Assembly (NCBI GenBank): GCA_036172245.1
Contig: JAYWIR010000051.1
Location: 248,001 to 312,000 of the forward strand
DNA: 64,000 bases
Source: Raillietiella orientalis
Taxonomy: Eukaryota
Direction of reading: 5' to 3'
This document shows, piece by piece, positions 1 to 12,017 of the stretch. Position numbers and translations under genes: made by a program. Every line of letters begins with the position of its first letter. Position 1 is the stretch's first letter. The notes under the pieces are model-generated. The model was not told the DNA's origin. It was given only the letters and a program-made list of their open reading frames with translations, and did no database searches.

Positions 1-99
1 CTACGTTCCCGCCTGAAAGGACCATGGAGTCGTCCCTCCCCCTCCTTCATGGAGGGGAGGGGCGATCTTTTCCTTTTCCTTTCCTGGGTCGAAATTTTC

Positions 100-1181
100 T
101 CTCACGGTCTCACCCCTCTCTCTCTTCCTCCAAAGCTGACAAGTCCCCTTCCTCAGACCCCCAATCACCATCCGGACGCGCGATCCTCTCCTTCCCGACT
201 GCGACCAGCCTCCCCGCATTCCTTCACCGTGACCTACCCGCAGCCAGAGGACGCCTCGGCTTTCTCGCCGAGGCCGTGTCTGAGGTTGGGCCTGGCGGAG
301 ACGGAAGGACGCCGTGTGAGCGCCCATGCGGAAGTGCCGTTCGGACGGCGAACTGGAAAGTTCCTCCTGAAGATCACAGATGGCAGGCAACGCAATGCCA
401 GCGCTGCTCGCGAACGCTGCGCCGTCCACGTCCCGCAGTTGCGTAGCACCCGCCAGCCTTGCCCCCAGCAACGGTGCACCAGGCGACTCGAGTTCCCAAG
501 AATCACAGGAAGGGGAATGGTATCCCCTGAGGGAGGCTGCTCCCTCAGGGGATACCATTCCTCTGTTTCCTCCTCCCCTTCCCTTCTGCCATGAGCATCC
601 CAGTCTGCCCCTTGACCTTCCAGAGAAAGCGCAAGGTCCGCGAAGGCGCTCTCGTCGGGGCGGGGTGGATGGGAGGCGTTGATTTCTGGAGAGCCCATCA
701 TGACTCCAGGGACGGACGCCCTCTCAAGGGGGCGTCCTTGGAGACGCGTCGCCCTCGTAAGAACGCCTCGTCTCCGAAAGATCTCTCCCTTCCTTTCAGA
801 GGTCCAAGGAGCCCCTGCGGAAATCACCCGCCCCATTTGCACTGCTGAGTCTTCGCCCCGGACCGCCGCGCGCCCGTCCCCCTCGGGTCGATCGGATGCC
901 GTCCCCACAAGACGCGACGGAGGTCCGAGGAGATGAACGCCCGAGGCGGCACGCTCAGAGCGTCGAGGGCTCTCCTGAAAAGGCACCGGTAGAGCTGACG
1001 GCCTTCCAGCCCCTCGGGGCATTCGCGGGGAACACAGATCCGCCGCCGGGCGACCGAGGGGAGGTGGCGGAAGTTGAGCCGAGCCCTCAGGAGAGTCAAG
1101 ATCCTCTTCCCCCGGGCGGGGCGAGGAGGCGGAGCGCATATCCTCCCGAAGACCCTTACCTCGCCGAGTCTTTGCGGGCAC
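100..1181 (-). mobile_element. Degenerate Ty3/Gypsy pol remnant (RT + RNase H)
   Basis: ORF 234..1181(-) has eroded motifs in Gypsy order: RMPRGAGRPSALPVPFQ (~RMPFGLxNAPATFQ), EDSAVQMGRVISAG...ERKGEIF (~VxFLGHVISxxG..DPxKVxAI), LRNCGTWTAQRSRAALALRCLPSVIFRRNFPV (~ERNYSTTExExLA..FR.YLxGRxFxV). Boundaries approximate. Confidence 0.6.
514..561. repeat. Perfect 22-bp inverted repeat with 4-nt loop
   Basis: ggaatggtatcccctgagggag (514-535), loop gctg, then ctccctcaggggataccattcc (540-561), the exact reverse complement. Confidence 0.95.
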
Positions 1182-2506
1182 GCTCAGGCGCTTGAAGGAC
1201 TCCCCTAGGGACGACGGTTTCCAGGTGCGATGGAACCGACGCTCACCTTCCGGGTCACCCTCGAGGCCGCGCCCTCTGGGAGAATAGGCATTGTCGCGAA
1301 AACCCTAGTCCTCTGGGACCTCCTCCGACCGCGGGAGCTTCCCCCCCCTCCTCTTCCGATCCTTTCCGGCTTCCGAAGGAGCTCGGGCGGCGGAGCGCCT
1401 CAACATCGCGAAAGCGCCGTCTGCGCCCCTGTGCTCCTGGACCCCTCCTCCTCCTCGCCATCCTCGCTGCCCAGGGCGCCGTGCGGCGCCGCCGGGGACG
1501 GGACGGACGGAGCTCCCGATGCCTGGAGCGAAGAGGAAGCGTGCCCGCAACGTCGGCGCTCACCTCCCTCGCACACGCGTGCGCTGGGGCTGCCCTCCTC
1601 GTGGGGCCGTCGTCACAGGGCGTCTCCCGCCTCTCCCGTCTCCCCGAGAGATAGGAGGGAGCCGCCGGGCCCGGGCAGGCGGCTCTGCAGCGGAGGACGC
1701 GCTGTCTCCCCGGAGACCAGATTCAACGAGCCGCCTTCGCAGGACGTCTCCCGGTGGAGCGCCGGTACGGGAGAAGAGCGGCGGCGGCGCCCCCCGCCAT
1801 CTGCGGCGCACATGGCGGGGAGCGCCGCCGCAGCATCCGGCCGGCCGCCTCCGCAAGCTGCGCTCGAGAGAGGGCGCGCCTCGACCTACTTCTGGGGCTG
1901 CGATCCGATCCCGGGGGAAAAACGAGGTCGCCTCCTGCGGGAACTGACCTCGTTGCTTTGTGGGCCGCCGTCGAGAGCGCGCGCGGGGGAAGGAAGGGGG
2001 GAGGGGGGGAGGACACGCCTTCGGGGCGCGGCGAGGTCAAGCGCCGTCCACGCGCCGCCTCCTACAGACTGGGCGTGCGCGCGCAGGGCTGCCCGCCGCT
2101 TCCCTCCAGTCTCCCTCTCCTGTCCTTCACCTCCCGGGACCACCCCTCCGGACCTCACGCTCCCCCCTTCCCCTCGTATGCGTGCCGAAGCCTCTGCCCC
2201 ACGCTTGAAGGCAGCGCGTCGCAGCCACTGCAGAGGCTAGGGAGGAGGAGGGGGGGAGGGAAATCCGCGGGTCCCCTCTTGCGCCGCCTGGCGGACGGGC
2301 GCTGCCGGCGCATCTGCGAGCCAGATGCCGCGGCCCAGCGCTGGGTTCTTTCCGCGCTTGGGTGGAGGGGCTGCGGTGTCCACCTCATCTGGCCGGGGGC
2401 GTCCTCCCTCTCCTCTCTCCCTCCCTCCCGGAGCCGCCTCGCCCGGAGGACACCTCCTTACGTAGGGGGAATAGGGGAAAGAAACGCCCGTCTGCGCCCT
2501 CGATTG

Positions 2507-5500
2507 TCAGTGGAGGACTAGAGCCTGGAGGGAAGGCAATACTCCCGAGCTTCCCTCCCCTTTCTTCTCCCCCTTCTTCCAGGTCCCTTGGCGAACTTCC
2601 CGGGAAAACCGGCCCCGTCTCCATGACGGCGATCTCGGGCGAAGGCGCCCAACAGGGGAAGCTTTCTGGAGTGCACGTTTGACCTCAACCCTCGCGGCCC
2701 TTCGCCTTGGGGAGGGGCCCTCTGCCCGCCATTCCCCGAGGCGACCAGCCAGGGAAACCCCCCATCCTCTGCCCCCACTCCCCGCCCTTATCTGCGGGAG
2801 AGGCGCGAAGGAGGACCGCGATGCTGGGGGTGCCGGGCAGCCCCCGGACCAGCTCCCCAACCCTTGCTTCCCGTGCCCTTCCAACGGATGCGGACCCGCA
2901 GTGCCCGCCAGCAAAGCACCGTCGCCACGCCGAGTGCCAACTCTCCGAGTCTACGGGACGACCTCGAAAGGCCGCGGCTGCCTGTAGTGGGGTCGGCAGC
3001 TCCTTCTCCTTCCCCTCACCGCGGGGAAAATCCCGGAGGGTGAGGCGGCGCACTTCTCTACCCTTGCATGGACCCTTTTCCATGGAAACAGGAGAAAACG
3101 GCTCCTTCGCCTCAGGCCCGATCGCCCTGGGGAGGACGAAGGGCCGCTGCCGCACAGTGGACCAAGTAGCCTCCCATCCGGGCAATGGCCTCTGCCGGTT
3201 GCCTCAGGCAACGGGAGGCCGCGCTCCGGGAGCGAGTAGGCAATGACCCACGGAGCAGCGGAACGTACGGCACACCCTGCAAGGGACAGTCGCTCGGGCA
3301 GAAGCGGGGGACCACCTCCGCGTCCGGTGATGCTCCATACGTTGCTCAGCAAGGGGTAGAGGGAAGAGAAGGAAGGGCAATCGGACCGCCACAGTGCTCC
3401 AGCAGCCGCAGCAGCCCTTTGGAGCTAACGGATCCTCGTCCGCTAGCTACGGGGGGCTCGCTGGAGTCCAGGCGTAATTATGGTGACCGAGAGGAGAGGA
3501 GAGGAGCTGAGAGAGGAGCCACCCACCTCTCTCAGCATCCGGAAGCACGGCTTCCGAACAGGGGGCAGTGTAAGAACGCTGCCCTCCGCCCCAGATGCCC
3601 GTCGGCGACCTTGATCTGGTGGAGAGATCGGGGCAGGGGAGGGGTGGGGAGGGGGGAGAGACAGTAGCACTGGGCCGCGGGGAGGAAGATGCGCCTCCGG
3701 GCTTCTCCCGCGTCGGAATCTTTCCGCGTCTCCGGGAGGGTGCCACCTGCCCATCCCATTGAGCACAGAGAGGTTGCTCGGGAGCGGAGATGACCACACG
3801 ACCGACATTCTCGCCTTTCCGGAAGAGATAATGCCCTGCGCCGCTGGCGGCCGAGCGGGCTCCGAGGGTCCGACCGGCTCCTTCCGGGAAGCGCGCGCGA
3901 ACTGCGCAGGAATTTCAGAGGGGAACCGGAGTAACCGGAAGGGGGTGGAGAACTCAGGGAAGAGCCTTCCCACCTCCTCCCGCTTCCTTCCCGGTTCTCG
4001 ACGAAGGTCCCCCTTGCGGGAACCCCTACCGCCACACACACCCACCATCGGCGGGCGCTCCTTCTCGGTCGCGAGTCCCGGAAGGCGAGCAGGACCCACG
4101 GCCTTGCACACCGGAGTCCCTCCTCCGCGCGCTACCGGCACCTGCGAGCGAGGGACGCCATAGATCGGGCTCCAAGTTACCGGTGGCGGCAAGTTGGCAC
4201 CCGCATCCCCCTGAACGCGAATCTCCGCCAGGACCGGCTGGCGAGCCGGTCTTCTCCCTCCGCTCTAGTCCATGCCACCTCCTTCCTCCGCCTGTCCCGC
4301 TTCCAGGTCGCCAGCAGACGAGGCTCTGTCTTCAAGGGCTGTCCCGGCCGTGCGTGCGTCACATGCGTTCCCTCCATCCGGGCTGGTGGAGGGGGAATTT
4401 GGGCATTGATGCCAGCCGCTGGGAGTTAACCAGCCCGGTGGCTACCACAGGCGCCTCAGGCTCGCAATGTCTGTCGCCGCGACAACCTTTCTTCTTCCCG
4501 TGCAACTCCGAGAGAAGTGCAACGCCGCGGGAGACCCCACCGTCATCCGTTGGCAACGGGCAGCCAGACGCTCCCTCCAGCCAGACTTCCTTCCTTCCTC
4601 TCGCCTCGGTTCAGGCGGATCCTTCGCTCCTGCAGGCGACGGCACGGACGAGGGGTGCTAAGCGACGACGCGTTTCTTCCCCGCAGCGCTCTCGATGCGC
4701 TCGAGTCGTGCTGAAAAGCGCGGCGCTCAAACCAACAACAATTCGCGTTGTAAGCCCTGCCACCTGAGCAGGTGCCGTTGCCGAGGCAACAACCCTACCC
4801 GTTGCGAGCGGCTTACCGCCATTGTTGACGCTCACCTTCCCCTCTCCCTCTCTGTGTATCGCCGTGTACGGTTGGTCTGCGCGGGTGAGCGGCCAGTGGG
4901 GAGTGTGCTTCACCTCTTGGGAGCACGAAGAGAGATCACCCCCACCTGCGCACCCACGGCTTTGCACCCTAACCCTCTCAAGCATCCACCTCTCCCTTGT
5001 GCACTCCGATCGCGTCAACGGCGCGGTAGCCCTCGCGGATAGCATCGTATAATCAGCTCGGCCCTGCGCCGTGAGTCAGTCGCGAGTGCGCCGTACGGAT
5101 CTCAGGATCGGAGCTTCGGAAAAACCCTCTTGGAAAGTGCGCGTCTTCTAACAGGTTAGAAGGGGGCGAAGGTCGCTCGCCTTTGGAACTGCAAGTTCCG
5201 TGAAATGACGAAGAAATGGATTTCAGCCAGCCGCTCGCCTCAGCAGAACGAGCTGCGCCGTTTTTTTCCCGGCTGCTTTTAACTTTCTAACACTGAACTT
5301 GTCTCCAGTCGAAGTGCCTTTCCTGTTGGATCCAGGAATTTCCCGAACGGAGCGCGTGCGGTTCCTATCTGGAACGAGTGTCTTTCCTACGAGCTCAGTA
5401 CTCAGGGTCGGACGCAACTACGCGTTCACCTAGCTCGCAAGAGTGGACATGCTGTTTTATTTGCATCCTTTGAGGAGTCGGGACCGATCTCTGCAATCAA

Positions 5501-6150
5501 CAAAATAACGAGGAATCCGATTTTGTTCTCCCTGCCTTCAAAAGAATCCTTAGTAACCGCAAAGATGTCAAGGTAACGAAGGTCAAATTGGATGGAAAAT
5601 TTTCCTGCTAGAGCCAGTGGGAAATCCCCCGACCAGTGTTTGTGTGACGTCAAGGTGTGTACCTTGACGTCAGAATAGGTCGACGTCTCTTCGCAGCCGC
5701 GAAAAATCCGCATGCGAATTTATCAGAACATGCGTCGACCCTTTCCAAGAGTTCCCAGTAAGGGGGCGTGAAGCAAGTGGCAACGAGACGAGCGTCGAGA
5801 TGAAGGGCACCAGCAGCTGCGCTCAGTCAGAACGGCGATGGCTCTCCGAATCCGAGGATTTGATTCACGCCGACGGTTCCGACTTTGAGGCAGAGGAAGC
5901 AAGATCCTGGTGGTCCATGGAGCCATCGGATTCCGGCGGCAGCGTAGGAAACGAGCTCGTTACCGGTGGGAGCGAGAGGAGGAATGTGACACGAAGTTTC
6001 CTTCGAGATGATAAACCGCTTTCGCAGGCCGACTCTCCGTCAACACGCCGTTAGTGGGGTCATCCTTGTCTGCAGCGAAGGCGACTTCACGGTTACGAAA
6101 CATCGCCTCCAAAAGTTGTATTTATAGGCGTCGCCGCCACCATCTCCTCA
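2507..6150 (-). mobile_element. Degenerate Ty3/Gypsy element (gag knuckle, protease region, RT, RNase H remnants)
   Basis: Minus strand, in order: knuckle-like GCCLGNGTCSGGRAYNANCC (~4735-4794); QGIISSGKARMSVVWSSPL...G.W...D (~GIIEPSxSPWASP..G..R.CVD) and PEAHLPPRGPVLLSL in ORF 3443..4192; GLLRLLEHCGGPIA (~3377-3418, ~LxRLxxxGLxL); GHGKQGLGSW (~DASxxGLGAV) in ORF 2507..2914. No LTRs recognised; upper boundary uncertain. Confidence 0.5.
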
Positions 6151-7163
6151 GCCGCCGGGGAAAGGGTGCTGGGAGATGGGATAAGGGGGAGGAAGAGGAA
6201 GATGAGAAATGGAAGCAACGGAGCGAGGCAGTCGCACCTCTTTTCACAAAATCAGAGTGTCCGAGAGCTGCTCCGAAACGTCCGCACAGGAGTGCCTTCC
6301 AGGCACCGGAAGACAGGCTTCTTTTCCTGGTTCGATGCAAACACTGTGACGCACGCTGTGACGTCCTGATGGCTGGGTGTCTTTCGTCACATTTGATGTC
6401 AGAAATCAAACTGCAAGCCAACACGCTTTAGTACCAATTGGCGTTCAAGGCGGCGAATCCGCGCGTGGATTTTCGCGGATCGCCCGCGCGTGGACGGAGG
6501 AATGGACTTTTTTTCGGCTCCCACGTGAGATTGCCTTTTCGTAGATGGATGGATGGATGCGTCTGCGCGGAGTGCGCGTGCGCAATTCTGTTCAGTTCGA
6601 GGAATGCCTACTAACCGCCTTCGGAAAAGAGTTGGGAGCATGCGAAACGGGGCTAACTTGCCATGACTTCCTGATCACGAGAGTATGAAAGTGAAACTGC
6701 GCCGGGATTGACAAAAACCAAGATGAGGGCTCCATGCCGTGTCGGCCAGCAGCCCGAATAAAAGCCGAAGAGAGCATTTTCAGGAGCTTTCGACAGGTGC
6801 ATGGGAAAAGGCGGTAGGCCAGGCCAGCCTTCCCCGGATGTGCGCATGCGCGCGCGCGCTCGGACAAGTGAATCATCGTTATGAACCCATGCGAAGTGCG
6901 TGAATGATGATGTGCTCTCTCAAGAAAAAGTCAGTGGCACGCCACAAGATTTTCCTTCAGCTTTCATGGCCCGAAACGATTTCATCGTAGCAGTGGCTCG
7001 ATTGACGATTGGGATATTCGGCGCTCAAGCCAAGGGAAATGGTGCGCCTCAGTTGTGCGCATGCGTGAAGCCATGAACCCCGTGAGGACGCGTCTTTCTT
7101 GTGCTCCCAGAAACTTCTGAAACGAAACGAAAGCGAATTCGGTGGCATTGTCGGACTCCTGCA

Positions 7164-7190
7164 ACACACACACGCACACACACACACACA
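7164..7190. repeat. (CA)n microsatellite, interrupted
   Basis: acacacacacgcacacacacacacaca. Confidence 0.85.
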
Positions 7191-7219
7191 AAAACAGTGC
7201 TTGACACAGATTGGTACGG

Positions 7220-8050
7220 ATTACATACGCCGGGTTTCCTTCCATCTTTCTCCTTCCCCTACCATCCTCAAAAGCTTCTGAGTCGCCAAGCTGCACCCAA
7301 GCCCCGAAGCCTTGCAGGTCTCCCGGTGGTATCGCACGCGGTCCATACCAGGGGGTTCGCCCACTAGGCGGCGGGGCATTTTCACAACGCGTGCCGCGAA
7401 AAGGGAAAAGAAAGAACGAAAGAATGGTCTCGCAGTGAACCACGGGGTCTCTCGTGTGCTTCGGGATGTGCGCTTCGGCCGCGCCGCATCACTCGCTCAC
7501 GTCATCCGAGGCCCGCAGGGGAAGCCCTCAAGGGGGAAACTGCGACGGCGGGTGGCACTGGGAGAGGCTGCAATGCGAGGCGCCATCCCACACCCGCGTG
7601 GGGAAAAGACGGAGGCTGCTGACTGGCTCGACGCTGCTCCATTTATGCGGGACCATGCTACTGCAGTTGCGAGAAATAGGCGCCGCTCTCCGGCGGACAC
7701 TCCCTCCGGCCACGGCGGTGCCACCCTCCCGCAGGAGGGAGAAAGTGCGAAGAAGGAAGCTCGCTCCGAGATCCTGGTCAACTCTTAGGCCCGCGGAGGG
7801 CTAAGGCGCCGCCACTCCGCAGCCTTGCTTCGGCGTGGTTTCCCCGGCAACGCACGCCGCTCGTCCGAGCCTCTGAGAAGCCTGTCCGGCGAACCGGCAA
7901 GCTGAGGGCGGGGTTTCTCCGAAGATCCACTTCTCGGCCGCCGCCGCCGCCTCCCGAAGCCTCGCTCTGGCGGAGTTTACTCTACCGCGACCCTTAAAGA
8001 GACCAAAAAGGTCTTCTCTCTCTCGCCGCGGGGACGAAGGACGTTTTCAG
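7220..8050 (+). mobile_element. Possible 3' remnant of a REL-endonuclease non-LTR retrotransposon (HERO/NeSL-like)
   Basis: SPSPTILKSF (~LPSPxNLxxW), EAADWLDAAP (~AxDWxLxVD) and SPKIHFSAAAAASRSLALAEFTLP at 7916-7987 (~RPDIV...ELTVP), in the expected order across frames. Very eroded. Confidence 0.3.
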
Positions 8051-11000
8051 CCAGAAGAACGCGCAACGCCGGATTCTCTCGGCGGGCAGCGTGGAAGGAT
8101 AAGACCTCAGCACCTTCGCTCTCAGCTCCTCCGCAGCGTGACGGGCATCCTCGACCGCTTTTTCGAGAGGACGGCGAGGCGATCGCCGCGCCGAAGGGCC
8201 CCTGGCGGAAGTTCCCTCATTCTACGCTCGGTCTTGCGTCGGGCAGCTGAAGGGGGCAGACGGCACATTCTGGGTCGCCACGCGAATCCTCCGCGGCCCA
8301 CGTCTCACCGGCGCTTCTTGGAGGACCTCCGTCCCCGAGAAGAGGGCGAGGCTGGACGAACGCCATCTTTCTTCGCGGGCGCGTCGCTGCGCACCAGGGA
8401 ACGGGATCAAAGCCGGGAAACATCCGGATGCTGGCTGGGCATCCTTCTCCCGGATTCCCCCTCCTTCCCAGAGCCTCTTCCGCTCTCCCGACAGGTCTTC
8501 GCTGTGTGGGGAGGGACACCTTCCATCATTGCGGGAAGGCAACGCCGTCTCATCCCCTTCTTTCCTCCTCCTCCGGTCGGTGGGACCGCCACCACAAAGG
8601 GGAGGGTGTGAGATCGTCCCGCGGGCTCACAGGCCCCGGAGCGGCAAGGGTTGGTAGCCTCTCAGAGCCATATGACTCGCTCCTCTGCTGCCGTTCGCTG
8701 CAGTCACCAAGGGTGACCGAGGCTCGCGAGGCGGCAGCCGGAACGGCGGGGGTCGGCCTGGGAGGCATGAGATGCACCAAAGAGCAGCTCCAAAAAAAAT
8801 CACGAGGCCGTGCGCGGGCCACCCCGCACGTAACGCCCGCTGCACGCGCCCCGTCAGGAGAGAGCAGGCGAGCTGCTTTCGTGTGCCGACGCATCGTGAA
8901 CACCCTCACGTGGCACGCATGCGAGAGTCGGCATGGACAAACTCGATTCGGCGCCCCGACTGCTCCATGCGGGGAGAGCAGGTCCATCCAGGAGAGATTT
9001 TTTTTTTTTTTCATTCCATTAATTCTTGTGACTATTTTTCCCGACCTGGTTGAGGCTCTCCGGTTTCCTTCCGTCCTCCTCTGAGTCGAAATGCAGTCTC
9101 GAACCGTCGTCACTCGTCCGATTATTTGTGTGTGTCCCAGCCAATTTCTGAATGACCCAGGCAGACATTGACATCAGAGACGCAATTGGGTCTTGCTCAG
9201 CGGTGCTAAAACGAAAACAACAGCAAGAAAAGAAAAAAAAAAAACAAAGTCAAAGAAAAAGTTCGAAATGGAAAAACATGCAAATAAAGAACGTGAGCGT
9301 ATCGTTGCTTCGTGATTGTCTCCATTGGATTGCGCATGTGGAATTGTTTGGAGTCTGTTCTATGGTTACGTCCTGTGCTGTACATGTGTACACGAGCACA
9401 CACACACACATCAGGGAAAAAAAAAAATGTATTAGAGAAAGTGGGCAGCTGGGAAAGAAAAAAAAAAAACTGGCCTACTAATAGCATTTGGGAAATCGCT
9501 ATGGACAGAAGAGAGAGTGAAATGCGCTTTGCCGATCGGCAAGACTGCTACGACCTGAGGAAACTTAAATACAGTATTTGTCAACAATGCGTTGGGTGCG
9601 GCGTTCGAGGGCCTACTAATGACTCATCCCAAATTAGAAGGCATGGGGCCGTCCATTTTGTGGAACTCGATGCAGAGAAATATGCCCCGCACGTGTTTCG
9701 CCGTCCACGCGTTCTCTGGATTGGCACTCTCGCGTGTCAACTGTGGCAGATGGTCCGGAAGAATGCTGGCAGCAAAAATGGGAAGGTGGGTATTATCACC
9801 GCGGCTGCTCAACCCCTGAAAAGATCTTCAATCTTCACAGGCACCATAAATCACGGAATGAGTCATCATGCACAAATTATGCATCAGCGGATGATAAAAT
9901 TTCCGAACAGCGACATTTCCGAAAATAGACTGAAGCATCTCACAGTGTTCGGCCATTCTCCAGTGGATCTAAAGCAGCGGAATTTTTACGGTATTCCAGT
10001 TGTCCCGTGCATGCTAGAAGGAAAAATAACTCTGGCACTCGGAGCTACTTGGAGATGATCTAATAGGCTGAGATCCTAAACAGCGACATCATATGTTTCA
10101 TGGGGGTTCCGTTTGTGAAGCACAGTCCGTTTCGGGCTCATGACCAGCAGCTAATGAGGATGTAAGGCGAATTCAGATTTCAAATTTTCAATGAGTTCAA
10201 GAACTGCTCGAGTTCCCTTAGTGTATTTCCATTGAGGATTTCCGGCACGAAAATTCCCGGCTTGGAGCTATTACCCGAAGGAGTTCTTGCGCTGTCTGCA
10301 ATTCTGGTTGAATTTAACATGTGGAAGCTGCTAAATTCAACCGGAAGACTGTGGCTCTGCTCCTGAGCTGCTCCTGATTCCTGAGCATCGACTGAATGGG
10401 ACTCAGGAATCGAGCAGAGCCACATCCTTCAGTTTCTCGAAGGTAACTATGAATGGCTGAGATGTCCGGAGATTGCATCAGATTTTTTTTTCCTCCTGGA
10501 GAGGGGGCAGCCCATAAATGCGGAGCATCTAGAGTGCGCGACAGTTGAGTGGCGGGTGTTTAACTGCATGGAATTTTGCACAATACATGACAAGATGCAT
10601 AAAATGAGTGTATGTTTTCACCTTTCCATTTCGCTTCCTCACCACTATGAAGGACATTTTACTGTTGTATTTGCTCAGTTGAGATTAAGCTAATTAAGAA
10701 ACCTCAATCCGTGAACTGTTTCTGCCACAAACATTAAAAAGAATTTTACCGACTACTTCAATTCGTGTCCTTTTCTAAGTGGATCTGAAATTTGAATCGC
10801 AGTCAGATTCTCGTGAAGTTACTGGAACCTCTGAGGTTTATAAAGACTGGGGATCCGATCGTATCTCTTGCGATCGTCCCACACCACGAGCTGCCAACCC
10901 AGTCTGATGAACATCTAGAAAATGGCAGTGAGTCCATGTGGCCTCTTGACATATGATTGCTCTGTTCCTCATTCGAGTATTCCTAAAAGGGGTGAGGAGA

Positions 11001-11752
11001 AGATCCCGAGGTTCCCTGCAAAATGCTCAGCTGAAGGGACACAGAAGGCGTTGCGCTACTTTCGAAAGTGTCGAACTGATGGTTATTTCTTAATAACCCC
11101 TTGTAGGAAGATGGCATTCATTGAGAAGCTTCAACACTGTCGGCCATCTGTAGCATCCTTGTCCTTTTCCAGGGAGAGGTTTTTGCAGTGAACCATTTCC
11201 ACCTTACTCGTGACCATCTCTTTCTCTTCTCTTTAATCCATTAGCGAGGCCGCGATTCTCGGAGCCACTTTGTAGCCCTGCTAAACCGTAGAATGAAACG
11301 CGGAAAAATTTGTGAGCTTATGACTGACCATTTTTCATTTTATTTTTTTATTACTTTGGTATCTGATTCTTGGAGTTTTAGGCTTCTCATCAGAAGACTG
11401 CTTTTCTAACAAATAGCACTTCTAGAAGGAGGAATACAACAAAATACTTCCTTCGAGAATGGCAGGGAAAATGATCAGGATCATCTGGGGTGTCTGACTT
11501 AAATACGATTGATTCAATGTCTTCCAGGAAATGGTCCCAAAGGCAGAATGTCTGATTTCGTAAAGTTCCATTGGCTCTGGTTGGAAAACAATAATTTCCT
11601 GAAACAATTAGCAGAAGTCGCTCTCTTCCCCCATCCAAGCTGCTCCCCTTCTCGTTCGGCGACCATAAGAGAGGTGGTTGCATCTTTCGGAATAGGCTTT
11701 GCTAGGTGGGAAAAATGCTGAGGACGGAAGGCGAAGAGGGATCTCAAAATAA

Positions 11753-12017
11753 TTCCGTCATTACAGGATGCTCCAGTGGTCATTGTTGCTGCGAGCGTGC
11801 CTGGCAACGAGGCTGTTTGCTTGTCTCATAATTAGCTGGTGTTGCTTCATTGTTGCTGCAAGCGTGCCTGGCAACGAGGTTGTTTTCTTGTCTCATAATT
11901 AGCTGGTGTTGCATTCCAAGCCAAAATCCAAGTTCCGTCATTGAGGAATGCTGTCTCATTGTTGCTGCGAGCGTGCCTGGCAACGAGGCTGTTTGCTTGT
12001 CTCATAATTAGGTGTTG
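11753..12017. repeat. Three near-identical ~65-bp direct repeats
   Basis: Unit cattgttgctgcgagcgtgcctggcaacgaggctgtttgcttgtctcataattagctggtgttgc starts at 11781, 11848 and 11957. Copies 1 and 3 are both preceded by ttccgtcatt...atgct (11753, 11933). Confidence 0.95.

Noticed and set aside
1230..2521. Long overlapping ORFs in GC-rich DNA (also 49218-50853 and 58103-60806)
   Set aside because: R/G/P/A-rich, open in several frames on both strands, with no recognisable domains; expected from stop-codon scarcity at high GC.
9312..10058. 248-aa ORF with a CxxCxxC stretch
   Set aside because: It begins in microsatellite and poly-A sequence, and I found no recognisable domain or splice context. It may be TE debris; not supportable as a gene.
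11781..12017. Possible CRISPR-like repeat/spacer array
   Set aside because: The units are ~65 bp, there are only three, the gaps are 2 and 44 nt, the context is eukaryotic and there are no cas genes.
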